Positions 16,840 to 25,768 of a stretch of DNA of 32,000 bases are shown in pieces. Under the pieces are notes generated by a model. It made no database searches, was not told the origin of the DNA, and saw only the letters and a program-made list of their open reading frames with translations. Source of the stretch: an uncultured Chloroflexia bacterium (lineage in GTDB: Bacteria > Chloroflexota > Ktedonobacteria > Ktedonobacterales > JADMIN01); assembly GCA_963718915.1 (NCBI GenBank), contig CAVRAI010000014.1:90001-122000 (forward strand), given 5' to 3'. Both the position numbers and the translations under genes were made by a program. Numbering within the stretch: position 1 is the stretch's first letter; each line of letters opens with the position of its first letter.

Positions 16840-17478
16840 TTACCGGCTACGGCGGGCGGGCGCGACCCGCGATGTGTTGGCCCGCGGCGCTTCTGGCCAG
16901 AAGATACGGGCGAGGACGAGCAGCGTTACCACGCCGGAGAAGCCCAGATAGAGCGCGCGCATCCATGGCTCGCCGGAATCGCTGCCCGCGAAGATGCCGT
17001 GGAGCGTCACCAGGACGAATGCGGCGAAGCTGGTATAGTGCAGCGCACGCCAGCTTGCATAGGCGATGCGTCGCTTCGCCCACGAGCTCAGCCAGACCAC
17101 CGCCAGCCCGTAGAGCGCCAGCACGCCCAGATCCACCGCAAGTGGCCGGTAGGGCTGGTCGAAGGGCAGGAGCAGGTTGAGCAGCGAGAACGGGATGAGC
17201 GGATCAAAGACCAGCGAGAGCAGGTGGAAAACCACCAGCGCCAGCGTGAGCACCGCCAGATAGGGATGCAGCTCATCCAGGAGCCAGAGCGCGCGCGCAT
17301 TGCGCAGCCGCGAGACACGCGCCAGCGAGCGGAAAAGGCCGATGATGACGGTGACCGAGAGGGTGATATAGGCGGAGGTCGCCGCCGCGCGGGTGACGTA
17401 CCATAGGAACGGGTTGGTGGTTGCGCTGGTCGCCGCGAGCGTGAGACTCAGCGACGAGAGCGATGTGAAGATATTCAT
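16840..17478 (-). CDS. ferric-reductase-like (MsrQ/FRD-type) haem-binding transmembrane protein
   Basis: ATG 17478 (MNIFTSLSS..) overlaps the ApbE stop (ATGA). The protein is 212 aa with about 6 TM helices and conserved His (ELHPYLAV..VVFHLL, ALHYTSF..VTLHGIF). It is the in-frame tail of track ORF 16840-18498. Confidence 0.75.
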   Translation of the reverse strand: MNIFTSLSSLSLTLAATSATTNPFLWYVTRAAATSAYITLSVTVIIGLFRSLARVSRLRNARALWLLDELHPYLAVLTLALVVFHLLSLVFDPLIPFSLLNLLLPFDQPYRPLAVDLGVLALYGLAVVWLSSWAKRRIAYASWRALHYTSFAAFVLVTLHGIFAGSDSGEPWMRALYLGFSGVVTLLVLARIFWPEAPRANTSRVAPARRSR

Positions 17479-18680
17479 GGTTTCTGCTCCAGTTGGCGCA
17501 TCTCGGCGAGGGTGAGCGGCGGGAGCGCCGAGCCCACCATCATCGGCAGCATCGCGCTCTGCGTGCCCCAGGTGGCGAGATATTCGTTCAGGTTGCGCGA
17601 GAAGGCAATCTCGCCTGTGCCAAAGACAAGAGCCAGCGCGACCCCGGCGTCGCCATCGTCCCGCGGGCCAAGCGCGCCGTAGCGCCCCCAGGCGGATTCG
17701 ACGGCTGCGAGCGCGCTGGGATAGCCGCGCAGCAGCGCCACCTTGGCGGCTACCTCTGCCTGCGCTGCTGTCGGCGCGAATGCCGTGGCCGTGGCGATCA
17801 GCGAGTCTGGCTCGTCGCCGCCTGAGGTCCAGAGCGGTATCGGCTGGCCGGTACGCGGATCGAGCAGGTGATGCTGGCGCTGGCCATCGCGCAGCCACCA
17901 GCGCCGCACCGCGCCAGAGGTCGCCATCGCGCCGCGACTCAGGCGTACGGTCGCCAGATGGGTTCGCCGGATCGTCTATGCCCGATAGCTCCAGCCGTGG
18001 GTCGCGAATACCCACCGACCAGAGTTCACCTGGCTGCTGCCCACCATGCGCGCGCAGGTCGCCGCCGACGTTGACGAGCGCGCCGGGAAATTTGGCGCAG
18101 TAGCGGACGAGCGCGACATCCGCCGCCCAGCCCTTAGCGATGCCGCCGAAATCTAGCTGCAGCCCAGCGGGAAGCCGTATCCGCCTGCGTCGTGGGTCGA
18201 GCGCGATGGCGCGCCAGGCAGCGCGTACGGCGGGCGCTGGAAGATCGAAGGCGGTTGCAACCTCATGGTGGGCGATGGCGGCGAAGTCGCGGTCGTAGCC
18301 GAGGGCGCACAACTGCCGCAGCATCGTCGGGTCGAAGAGGCCGCCGCTGGATTCAGCCGATTCGAGTGCCAGCGCTGTGCACTCATAGAGCACATCGGAG
18401 GCGGCAAACCAGCCGCCCGCCGCAGTGTTCAGGCGGCTCAGCTCGCTCTCGGGCCGGAAGCGCGAGAGGCGCGTGTCAACCTCGTCGAACCAGTCCATGC
18501 AGGCGGCGGCGGCGGCGGCGGCCTCGGCCCAGCGGACGATGGGACGGCGATCTGCATGCTGACGTCGGTAGCCATCGGTCGCCCGCGACGCTGGACCAAC
18601 TCATAGCGGTCGTCCGCGCGGCAATCGGTATCGTCTATCGAGACGGTGGAGCGTCCACCGAAGGGTGTGGATGTTGTCAT
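17475..18680 (-). pseudogene. apbE: FAD:protein FMN transferase (ApbE family), 2 frame breaks
   Basis: MTTSTPFGG..RRGRPMATDVSMQIAV (18438-18680). Then ..AEAAAAAAACMDWFDEVDTRLSRFRPESELSRLN..FDPT..LDFGGIAKGWAAD..VNVGGDLRAHG..WSVGIRDP (frame of 16840-18498). Then ..LSRGAMATSGAVRRWW..HHLLDPRTGQP.. (17475-17927). Breaks lie near 18530-18550 and 17960-17972. I see no signal peptide. Confidence 0.75.
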
Positions 18681-18797
18681 CGTTAGGATGTCCCTGTGCT
18701 GGAGTTGGAGCCGCCCAGACTCGGCGATGTGAAGATCGAGCCTGAACTGCTGGAACTGCCTGAATTGCTGGAACTACTCGATCCGTCATCGGTCGAG

Positions 18798-20096
18798 CTA
18801 CTGGAACTTGAGTTGAGCTTGATTGGAGCTTGAGCTGGACGAGGAGCCGCTGGAATTCACCGCGCTTGCCGTGGCAGACGAGATGTGCGTCAGCCCCCAC
18901 ATCCCGGCGAAGACGCCAATCGCCGCCGCCGCAACGCCCGCGCGCAGACCACGCCGCGCCGCCAATCGCGCCGCTGCCGTAGGACGACGCGCGCCACCAG
19001 TGGAGGCCGCCTGCGGCGCGGCAACCCGCCGTCCCGCCGTCGCTAGCGTGAGATCGCCCTCTGGCTCCGCGACGCAGCTGAGGACGTAACCCTGGGCGCG
19101 TTCATCGGGGGTCAGCGCGTTATTTTCGCCGCTCGCGCAGACCCTGCCGGAAAGGACTCGTAGCCGACAGGTGGCGCAGGCGCCCGCCCGGCAACTGAAA
19201 TCGGGCCGGTAGCCGCTCCGTTCGAGCGTCTCTAGCAGCGTCTCGCCGGGTTGCGCGTTCAGCACCGCGCCGCTATCGGCCAGGCGGATGCGTGCCGCCT
19301 TCCCCGCGTGCGGTGATCGGCCCGCACGGCGAACGGACGGGCTGGCGAAGACCTCAGCGTGCAGATGGGTAGCGGGGACGCCGTGGCTGGTGGCTGCCGC
19401 CTCCAACTCGTGGCGGAGCGCGGCGGGGCCGCAGACGTACCACTGCGCCTGCATGGCCTCCGAACCCAGCGCGGCGACGATTCGCGCCGGATCGAGCCGC
19501 TGTCCCTGTGTCGTCATGTAATGGCGCTGCGTCAGCCAGGTCCGCTGCGGGTCGAGCGCCGCCAGTTTGCGGCCAAAGATGGCGTCTTCGGGGCCGTGGT
19601 AGGCGTAGTGCAGCGTGACCCGCGGGCGCTCAGCCGGAGCCATGCGGGCGAGGGCGCGTAGCATCGCGAAGACGGGCGTGATGCCGCTGCCACCGGCGAC
19701 GAAGATGTACGGGACGTCGGGATGGGGCCGCTGGGTCATCGTGAAGCTGCCCTGCGGCTGACTGGATTGCAGCGCCATGCCCGGCCTGATGCGGTCGATC
19801 AGGTAGTTGGAAACCCTGCCGCCTGCGGTCCGCTTGACGGTGATCTGCCAGGGAGCATCCGCGCTGCCGTCGCCACAGAGCGAATACGAGCGGTAAAGCG
19901 GCGTCCCACTAGCGGTGGGAATCGTCAGCGTGATGAACTGGCCCGCGCGATAGGGGCCGGGCGCCCCATGCGTGCCGGGCCGCGCCAACGTGAAGGTGAC
20001 GGCGTTGCGCGCGGCGGGCGTCACGGCGGTGACCTGCACCGTGATCGTTCGGGCCGCCGCCTGCGTGCGCCTGATGTCTGAGATAGCCGTGGCCAT
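18798..20096 (-). CDS. FNR-like FAD/NAD(P)-binding oxidoreductase with C-terminal plant-type 2Fe-2S ferredoxin domain, TM anchor and Ser-rich tail
   Basis: 432-aa ORF with AAGGAG 6 nt upstream. It has RSYSL (FAD), FVAGGSGITP (NAD(P)), and SCRAGACATCRLRV..GYVLSC (2Fe-2S Cys ligands). A TM segment GVAAAAIGVFAGMWGL and poly-Ser follow. The Ser-rich coding continues in another frame down to TAA 18683-18685. Confidence 0.85.
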   Translation of the reverse strand: MATAISDIRRTQAAARTITVQVTAVTPAARNAVTFTLARPGTHGAPGPYRAGQFITLTIPTASGTPLYRSYSLCGDGSADAPWQITVKRTAGGRVSNYLIDRIRPGMALQSSQPQGSFTMTQRPHPDVPYIFVAGGSGITPVFAMLRALARMAPAERPRVTLHYAYHGPEDAIFGRKLAALDPQRTWLTQRHYMTTQGQRLDPARIVAALGSEAMQAQWYVCGPAALRHELEAAATSHGVPATHLHAEVFASPSVRRAGRSPHAGKAARIRLADSGAVLNAQPGETLLETLERSGYRPDFSCRAGACATCRLRVLSGRVCASGENNALTPDERAQGYVLSCVAEPEGDLTLATAGRRVAAPQAASTGGARRPTAAARLAARRGLRAGVAAAAIGVFAGMWGLTHISSATASAVNSSGSSSSSSSNQAQLKFQ

Positions 20097-20422
20097 CGTT
20101 CACTCCTTCTCATATCATCAGCCTTCCCGCTTCGGCCCAGAGACCAGGGGAAGTGTGGCGCGTCGTTGCGTCATGTTCACTCATGTACGCCGTGTACTTT
20201 GAGAGTGTGGCAGGCGATGATGAAGGAAATATGGGTACACGATTGGAGTCTCTTCATGAAAGGAAAATCTCATGGTGAGGCGCATGGCCAAGTGTGAGGT
20301 GCGCGTGAGATGCGCGTGCGCCGCTGTGTCCGTTCCGTGAGCGCCTTGGGTTATCCTGCCGTCGTGCGGGGATTGTGGCTGGGGAACTGCCCTGCCCGCC
20401 CCGCCGAAGGGAGGGTGACACC

Positions 20423-20857
20423 ATGGAAGAAAAGGGTGTAAGGATTGCGCTGGTTGTCGTGAACCTGTTTGCGGCGGTGAGCGCTATTGTGGGAGCCATA
20501 GGGCTGCTCGTCGGGTTTATGAATATCCCCCTCAGTGAGCTGACCGGGACGCCCTTCGCCGACTTCACCGTCCCGGCGCTGCTGCTGGGCATCGTCGTCG
20601 GTGGCAGCGCGCTGGTGGCCGCGATCATCGCGCTGTTTGGGCCACGCCGGTTCGAGGCGCTGGCGTCGGCGGCTGCGGGCTGTATCATGGTGGGCTGGAT
20701 GGCGGTGGAGATCGCGATGGTTGGCCTGGATGTCTGGGTGCAGGCGGCCTACTTCGCCGTGGGGCTGGTGATGATCGGCCTGGCGGGACTACTGCAATGG
20801 GCGAAGTCGCATCAGCCGGGCGTGAGCGGCCAACCCCACGCGCATCGCCTGGCCTGA
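20423..20857 (+). CDS. hypothetical 4-TM membrane protein
   Basis: ATG 20423 (MEEKGVRIALVVVNLF..) sits behind GGGAGGG and has four hydrophobic segments. ORF 20375-20857 extends 16 codons upstream. I recognise no family. Confidence 0.6.
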   Translation: MEEKGVRIALVVVNLFAAVSAIVGAIGLLVGFMNIPLSELTGTPFADFTVPALLLGIVVGGSALVAAIIALFGPRRFEALASAAAGCIMVGWMAVEIAMVGLDVWVQAAYFAVGLVMIGLAGLLQWAKSHQPGVSGQPHAHRLA

Positions 20858-20926
20858 ACGGGCACGCCAGTGTGCTACCATAGGCGCACGAGCGAATCGA
20901 GGGCCACAGGCGAAGATGGGGCGCAC

Positions 20927-21700
20927 ATGACTGAGCGGCGACAAGTGATCTGCTATGCCCATCGCGGCGCGCGCGGACACGCGCCCGAAAACACCCTGCT
21001 GGCCTTCGACCTCGCCTTCGACCTCGGCGCGGAGGCCATCGAGTGTGACGTGCAGCGCAGCCGCGATGGCGAGCTGGTCATCATCCACGACGGCACGGTC
21101 AACCGCACCACCAACGGCGTGGGGGCCGTCGCCGCGCTCTTTCGCCGACCTGCGCGCGCTCGATGCCGGGCGGGTCTGGCGCATCCCGCAGCGCATCCCA
21201 ACGCTGGCCGAGACGCTCGAACTGGTGCGGCGAGCGTGGCGGCGCGCTCAACCTGGAGATCAAGGGCGAGTCGGTCGAGGAGTCCGTCGGCACGGCGGAG
21301 GCGGTCGAGCCAGTGCTGCGCGCGCTGGAGGAGCCACTACGTTCGCGGCTGCTGGTCTCCTCGTTCGAGCATCCCGCCGTGGCGCTCTTGAAGGAGCGGC
21401 TGCCGTGGCTGCGGGTGGCGACGCTCTATAGCGGGCGCGAGTGGCAGAAGGCGGATATGCTCGCCCCGGCGCTGGCGATGGGCGCGGAGGCGATCCACCC
21501 CGGCGTCGGCCTCACCACCGCCGACCTGGTGACGCGGGCGCATGCCGGGGACTGCGCGTCAACGTCTGGACGGCCAACCGCTCCGCCACCATCCGCAAGC
21601 TGATCGCCTGGGGCGTGGACGGCCTCTTCAGCGACTACCCCGAGCGCGTCATCATCGCCCGCGCGCAAATGGCGGCACAGGCATGCCACAGCAGACGGGA
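20927..21700 (+). pseudogene. glycerophosphodiester phosphodiesterase (GDPD family), 3 frame breaks; 3' end uncertain
   Basis: [64 protein letters not shown].. Then [29 protein letters not shown]. Then [27 protein letters not shown]. Then GLRVNVWTANRSATIRKLIAWGVDGLFSDYPERV. Breaks lie near ~21143, ~21235 and ~21548. The present frame runs on to 21896 into the convergent MFS gene, so the true stop is unclear. Confidence 0.7.
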
Positions 21701-21709
21701 TGATATGCG

Positions 21710-22984
21710 CTACTGGCGCTGGTCGCGGGGGATGAAGAGCAGGACCGTGGCGGCGGCCATGTACGAGGCGGCCATCAGCAGGAACGCCGGGATGAAGCTG
21801 CCGGTGCGGTCAATCACACTGCCGAGGATGACATCCCAGAGCGAGCCGATGCCAAAGGCCAGCGTGAAGTACCAGCCCATCGCCACGTCGCGCTGATCCG
21901 GCGCGGAGTTGTCCACCAGATACGTCTGGAGCAGCGGACTCTCGCAGTAGACGACCAGCCCCAGCCCCGTGATCGAGATCACCATGATAATCAGCGGCGC
22001 GCCCCCGCCGAAGACTACCGGCACCAGCAGCGTGAAGACCGTCGCCAGCCCATAGCTGACCAGCAGCAACGGACGCCGCCCGGCCCGATCCGAGATGCGC
22101 CCGGCCAGCAGCGGCCCCACGATGCTGCCAGCCAGCAGCAGCGTATAGAGGACGGTCACAGTGGTCTGCGGCAGCTTGATCGGCCCCAGCAGGTAGAGCG
22201 GCAGATACTTGGTCAGGATGCCCAGCCCGCGTCCGCCCGCGGCGACCAGTGAGGCGATGATGACCAGCACGACGCCACGGTGGCGGAGCGGCGCGAAGAG
22301 TGTCGCGATACGCGCGCTGAGGGGACGGTCAGTGGACTTCACAACGGGCTTCGCCTCGGGCCGGGCAGGCTCGCGCGTCAGCAACATCACAGCGGACCCG
22401 GCGGCCAGCCCAGGCAGGGCGAAGATCATCAACGTGGGCTGCCAGCCGAACGACTTGATGAGCGCCGCGCCGATGAATGGCACCAGCAGCGTGCCGACGT
22501 TGCCGCCCGCCACGTGCCCGGCAATCGCGAATCCACGCCTGCGCGCGCCGTAGCTATCGGCGAGGATCGAGTTGCCCGCCGGGTGTTGTGGCGCGCCGCC
22601 AATGCCGCGCAGCGCCGACCAGCCCAGCCACGGCAGAAACGTGACGGCGGTCGCGGTCATGAACGTCGCCACCGCGACGACAAGGTTGCCGACGCCAATC
22701 AACACCTTGCGCGGGACGCTGCGGCTGAGGTAGCCAAAGACCAGTTGGAGCAGTCCGCCCGCCAGCCCCGAGACGGTGCCGATGAGGCCAATCTGCGTAT
22801 AGCTGAAGCCGTACTGGTCGTGCAGAATCGGGAAGATGAGCGGCATCAGGATGCTGACGCCATGGAGGACGGCATGGGCCGCGCTGACGGTAATCAGATT
22901 GGCGCGGGCGTCGGCTGGCGGCAGGGCTGCTAGCTCGTCGGGCGGGAGCGTCGCCTGCCGGGTGTTGGTATCGAGGGATGACAC
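21710..22984 (-). CDS. MFS transporter
   Basis: Intact ORF 21710-23035 with 12 hydrophobic segments. It has MFS loop motifs (GYLSRSVPRKVLI, GRISDRAGRRPLLL). I prefer GTG 22984, which has GGAGGA 10 nt upstream, over the SD-less TTG at 23035. Confidence 0.85.
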   Translation of the reverse strand: MSSLDTNTRQATLPPDELAALPPADARANLITVSAAHAVLHGVSILMPLIFPILHDQYGFSYTQIGLIGTVSGLAGGLLQLVFGYLSRSVPRKVLIGVGNLVVAVATFMTATAVTFLPWLGWSALRGIGGAPQHPAGNSILADSYGARRRGFAIAGHVAGGNVGTLLVPFIGAALIKSFGWQPTLMIFALPGLAAGSAVMLLTREPARPEAKPVVKSTDRPLSARIATLFAPLRHRGVVLVIIASLVAAGGRGLGILTKYLPLYLLGPIKLPQTTVTVLYTLLLAGSIVGPLLAGRISDRAGRRPLLLVSYGLATVFTLLVPVVFGGGAPLIIMVISITGLGLVVYCESPLLQTYLVDNSAPDQRDVAMGWYFTLAFGIGSLWDVILGSVIDRTGSFIPAFLLMAASYMAAATVLLFIPRDQRQ

Positions 22985-23077
22985 GATGCGCAAGTCCTCC
23001 AGGTGTTCTGGAAACAGCGTAACACACCCCGGCAAGCGGTTAGGGTGGCAGCGGTCGCGGTCAATTGGCGCGCATCA

Positions 23078-24190
23078 TTACACCTGCACATTATTGGCGA
23101 GGTACTGGATATGCTGGATATCGCGCTGCCAGTAGACCTGGGCTTTCGTGGAGTTGAGGCTAAGCGCGGCCACACGCGCTGGTTTGCTGCTCTCTGGCCC
23201 GCCCGCCAGCATCGCGAAGACGACGCCCTGCATCTCGGTGATCTGGATGGGCGTGTAGCCAGGGAATCGCGATAGACATGCCTTGGTTTCCAGTGGTCGC
23301 GTCCAGCGCGATGACCGCGTTCATTATGCGTGCCGTAGACAAGTGGTTGGCGTCTGCACGATGCCCGGCCAGCCATCGAACTCGACAGGCACGTTCCAGA
23401 GCGTCTGCCCGTCTCCGGATCGAGACTGGCGACATGCTGCGAGCCGCTGACCAGCACCGATTGGTCGTTCACGCTGACGAGATTGCCCGCGATCTCGCTG
23501 TGCCAGAGTTCCTTGCCCGTGCGCGCGGCATACGCCAGTACCTCGTTGCTCTCCGGAGGTATAGATGGTGCTATGGTTGATGCCAGCCAGGGCGGCATAG
23601 ATCAGTTGCCAGAGCGGCTTGCCATCATCCTCCTGATAGACCGCCAGATGCGCGCCCTGGCCCTGCGCGTCGGTGATGGTGGCGATGGCGAGACCATCCT
23701 TCACATAGACCGGGTCGGTCGCGGGCTGATCCAGTCGCCAGCGGAGCGCGCCGGTGGCGGCGTCCAGCGCGAAGAGGCCGTCCGCCTTCGCCTGCGCCAG
23801 CACGATCACGCCATCGCTCGCGATGGTGAAGTCCGGGTTGGGCATCGGAGCCTTCCAGAGCGTATGCCCGTCGCTGGCGCGCACAGCCACCAGCGTTCTC
23901 GACGATGGCTGTGTTGAGCCGCCTTCAGTGTAGATGATCCCATTGACCATGATTGGCTGGAAATTCGTACTCGGCTCCCCGGTCGCCGCATGCCAGGCGT
24001 CGTTGCCGTCGCGCCCGTTGAGGGCGGTCAGCCCCGCCGTCGTAGTCCCGCTACCGCCGACGGAGTAGGGAATAGTGATGTGCGAAGCGAGAGGAGCGGC
24101 CGCGTTGAAGATGCTCGTCTCGCCGCAGCCACTGAGCAACAGCGAGACCAGGACGACGATGACGAGCGACGCAGCTATAGACAGCGCCAC
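23078..24190 (-). pseudogene. PQQ-like beta-propeller repeat lipoprotein, 4 frame breaks
   Basis: MALSIAASLVIVVLVSLLLSGCGE contains a lipobox. Repeats of the type ..LVAVRASDGHTLWK.., ..LFALDAATGALRWR.., ..AYAARTGKELWH.., ..VIALDATTGNQ.. are spread over ORFs 23324-24190, 22930-23598 and 23160-23435. My translation of the last part reads ..GYTPIQITEMQGVVFAMLAGG..AQVYWQRDIQHIQYLANNVQV* ending at 23078. Confidence 0.7.
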
Positions 24191-24311
24191 GCTTCAAGCA
24201 GCCGATCTCGCTGGCAACCATATCACGCTCCCTGAATGGCCTGCTGATGGGGAATCAATCTACCGCTATAGACGTATCCAGCGAGCTAGAGTGTTCCAGC
24301 GAGCCAGCGAT

Positions 24312-24788
24312 TCAGGACTGGGATGCGGATGGCGGCGCGGGCGGCCAGGTGAAGATCGAGGGGCGGATCGCCTTCTGGAAGGTGTAGGCCGAGCGCATCA
24401 TCCCCACCTTGTTCTCGTAGAAGCGGTGAGCGTCGGCGCGTTGCAGCCCGGAGGCCAGCGCGACGGTGTCGCAGCCAAGGTCGCGCGCCATCGCATCCAC
24501 CTGGTCCATCAGCGCCTTGCCGTAGCCGCGCGAGCGCTTGCTGGCCGTCGTCACCAGCTCGTAGACCCAGATGTGATGGCCGTAGTAGAGGTTTGTCTGC
24601 TCGCCGATACCCGCCAGCGCCCGGATGGTCCCGTCGTCGTCGCGCGCCGCCAGCAGCCGGTAGCCCTGCGGCGTGATGACGCGCATCAGGTCGAGGAACG
24701 TCGCCTCGTCGAGATGGGTGCGCAACTCGCGCATCACCGGAAACGCCTCGCGCCACTCCGCCTCGGTCGTCAGCTCATCAATCCGCAT
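24312..24788 (-). CDS. GNAT family N-acetyltransferase
   Basis: Intact 158-aa ORF. ..YELVTTASKRSRGYGKALMDQVDAMARDLGCDTVALASGLQRADAHRFYE.. shows the acetyl-CoA-binding R/Q-x-x-G-x-G/A motif as RSRGYG. Confidence 0.85.
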   Translation of the reverse strand: MRIDELTTEAEWREAFPVMRELRTHLDEATFLDLMRVITPQGYRLLAARDDDGTIRALAGIGEQTNLYYGHHIWVYELVTTASKRSRGYGKALMDQVDAMARDLGCDTVALASGLQRADAHRFYENKVGMMRSAYTFQKAIRPSIFTWPPAPPSASQS

Positions 24789-24868
24789 ACCATCTCCCCA
24801 GCCTCTAGGCCACTACACCGCATCATGTGCCTGCTCCTACTCTACGGGGTGCAGACCTCACCCCCAAC

Positions 24869-24891
24869 CCCCTCTCCGACGCGGAGAGGGG
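24869..24891. repeat. GC-rich palindromic (REP-like) hairpin unit 1
   Basis: cccctctccg-acg-cggagagggg is a perfect 10-bp stem. It lies in the 190-bp spacer between the GNAT start and the PNPOx-family stop. Confidence 0.6.
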
Positions 24892-24928
24892 CCGCACCCA
24901 TAGCCTGCTGCCTGAATGGTCGCCTAGT

Positions 24929-24949
24929 CCCTCCCCTCGTAGGGGAGGG
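24929..24949. repeat. GC-rich palindromic (REP-like) hairpin unit 2
   Basis: ccctcccct-cgt-aggggaggg is a perfect 9-bp stem. Both units are followed by ccgcaccc-type tails. Confidence 0.6.
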
Positions 24950-24979
24950 TGGCCGAAGGCCGGGAGAGGTCCGCACCCC

Positions 24980-25651
24980 TCACCCATCCACCCCCGGCAG
25001 CAGCACCACGAACGAGCTACCCGGCGCGTCATCCTTCGCATCGCGCGAGCCACGCGCCGGGCCGGTTCGCACCTTCGCGCTCAGCTCTTCCACCGCGACC
25101 GCCATCACATCCAGCGCGCGCAACTCGCCGATTCGCGCCGGGTCATAGTCATGCCCGACTGTGCGCCCCGGAAAATAGCGCAGCGTCATCGCCTCCATCA
25201 GCGCGCGTTTGCGTTGCGTATCGGTGACTGGCTCAGCCGTGCCATAGACGACGACACTGCGATAGTTCGCCGAGTGATTCTTGGCGTCGCGCGAGGCCAC
25301 CAGCCCATCCAGCAGCATGACCTCGATAGCCACCAGCGTGCCCGCCCGTAGCGTCTTCTGCAAGCGGCTTGCGGGCGCGCCATGCAGGTAGATGACACCA
25401 TCCTCATAATGGTACGTCATCGGCGCGATAAACGGCTGCCCGTCCACCGCGAAGGCGACATGCGCCACGCGGCCCGCGCGCAGAATCTCCTCCGCGATCT
25501 CCGGCATCGAGCGCTCGGGATGCCGTCGGATGCGCGACCGCGGGCTGACGCTTGCGCGCGCCGCTAACGTTGTCGGTGATGCTAAATCCGCCGCCTCTGG
25601 TTCGTCATGTGTATGGATATGCCGCCGGGTTGTCCGAGTCATCGCAGTCAT
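24980..25651 (-). CDS. pyridoxamine 5'-phosphate oxidase family (flavin-binding split-barrel) protein
   Basis: ATG 25651 gives MTAMTRTT..RRHPERSMPEIAEEILRAGRVAHVAFAVDGQPFIAPMTYHYEDGVIYLHGAPASRL..SANYRSVVVYGTAEPVTD. The upstream part of ORF 24980-25861 overlaps the divergent mocR start, so I reject it. Confidence 0.8.
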   Translation of the reverse strand: MTAMTRTTRRHIHTHDEPEAADLASPTTLAARASVSPRSRIRRHPERSMPEIAEEILRAGRVAHVAFAVDGQPFIAPMTYHYEDGVIYLHGAPASRLQKTLRAGTLVAIEVMLLDGLVASRDAKNHSANYRSVVVYGTAEPVTDTQRKRALMEAMTLRYFPGRTVGHDYDPARIGELRALDVMAVAVEELSAKVRTGPARGSRDAKDDAPGSSFVVLLPGVDG

Positions 25652-25768
25652 CGCTATTCCACCAGTTTCTCGCTCATCGCACACCATCCAGTCACACAAA
25701 CGTCGTCCAGGTGATATGGTACAGGTAGAAATGGCCTGACGGAAGAGCCATATTTTGCGAGGACCATT

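Noticed and set aside
16840-18498. 552-aa ORF suggesting an ApbE / ferric-reductase fusion protein
   Set aside because: The middle ~200 aa (..RRDGDLWRGAALVAARWPAPASPARS..) is off-frame Arg-rich noise. The real ApbE C-terminus (ATSG..HHLLDPRTG) lies in ORF 17475-17927. The ferric-reductase gene has its own ATG at 17478, overlapping that stop.
18499-18522. (GGC)7 triplet repeat as an independent feature or phase-variation tract
   Set aside because: It is in-frame coding for poly-Ala in the ApbE N-terminal region (AEAAAAAAAC). Changes in a triplet unit would not shift the frame. The nearby frame break lies outside the repeat.
20097-20422. 326-bp divergent spacer checked for a riboswitch or small RNA
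   Set aside because: I could not recognise any known riboswitch core or a convincing conserved structure. I saw only short GCGCGTG repeats and a 6-bp inverted repeat. This is left as a plain promoter region.
24075-25148. 357-aa plus-strand ORF spanning the GNAT gene antisense and the REP-like spacer
   Set aside because: It runs antisense through a well-supported GNAT CDS and through palindromic repeats. It has no motifs and a high-GC artefact composition.
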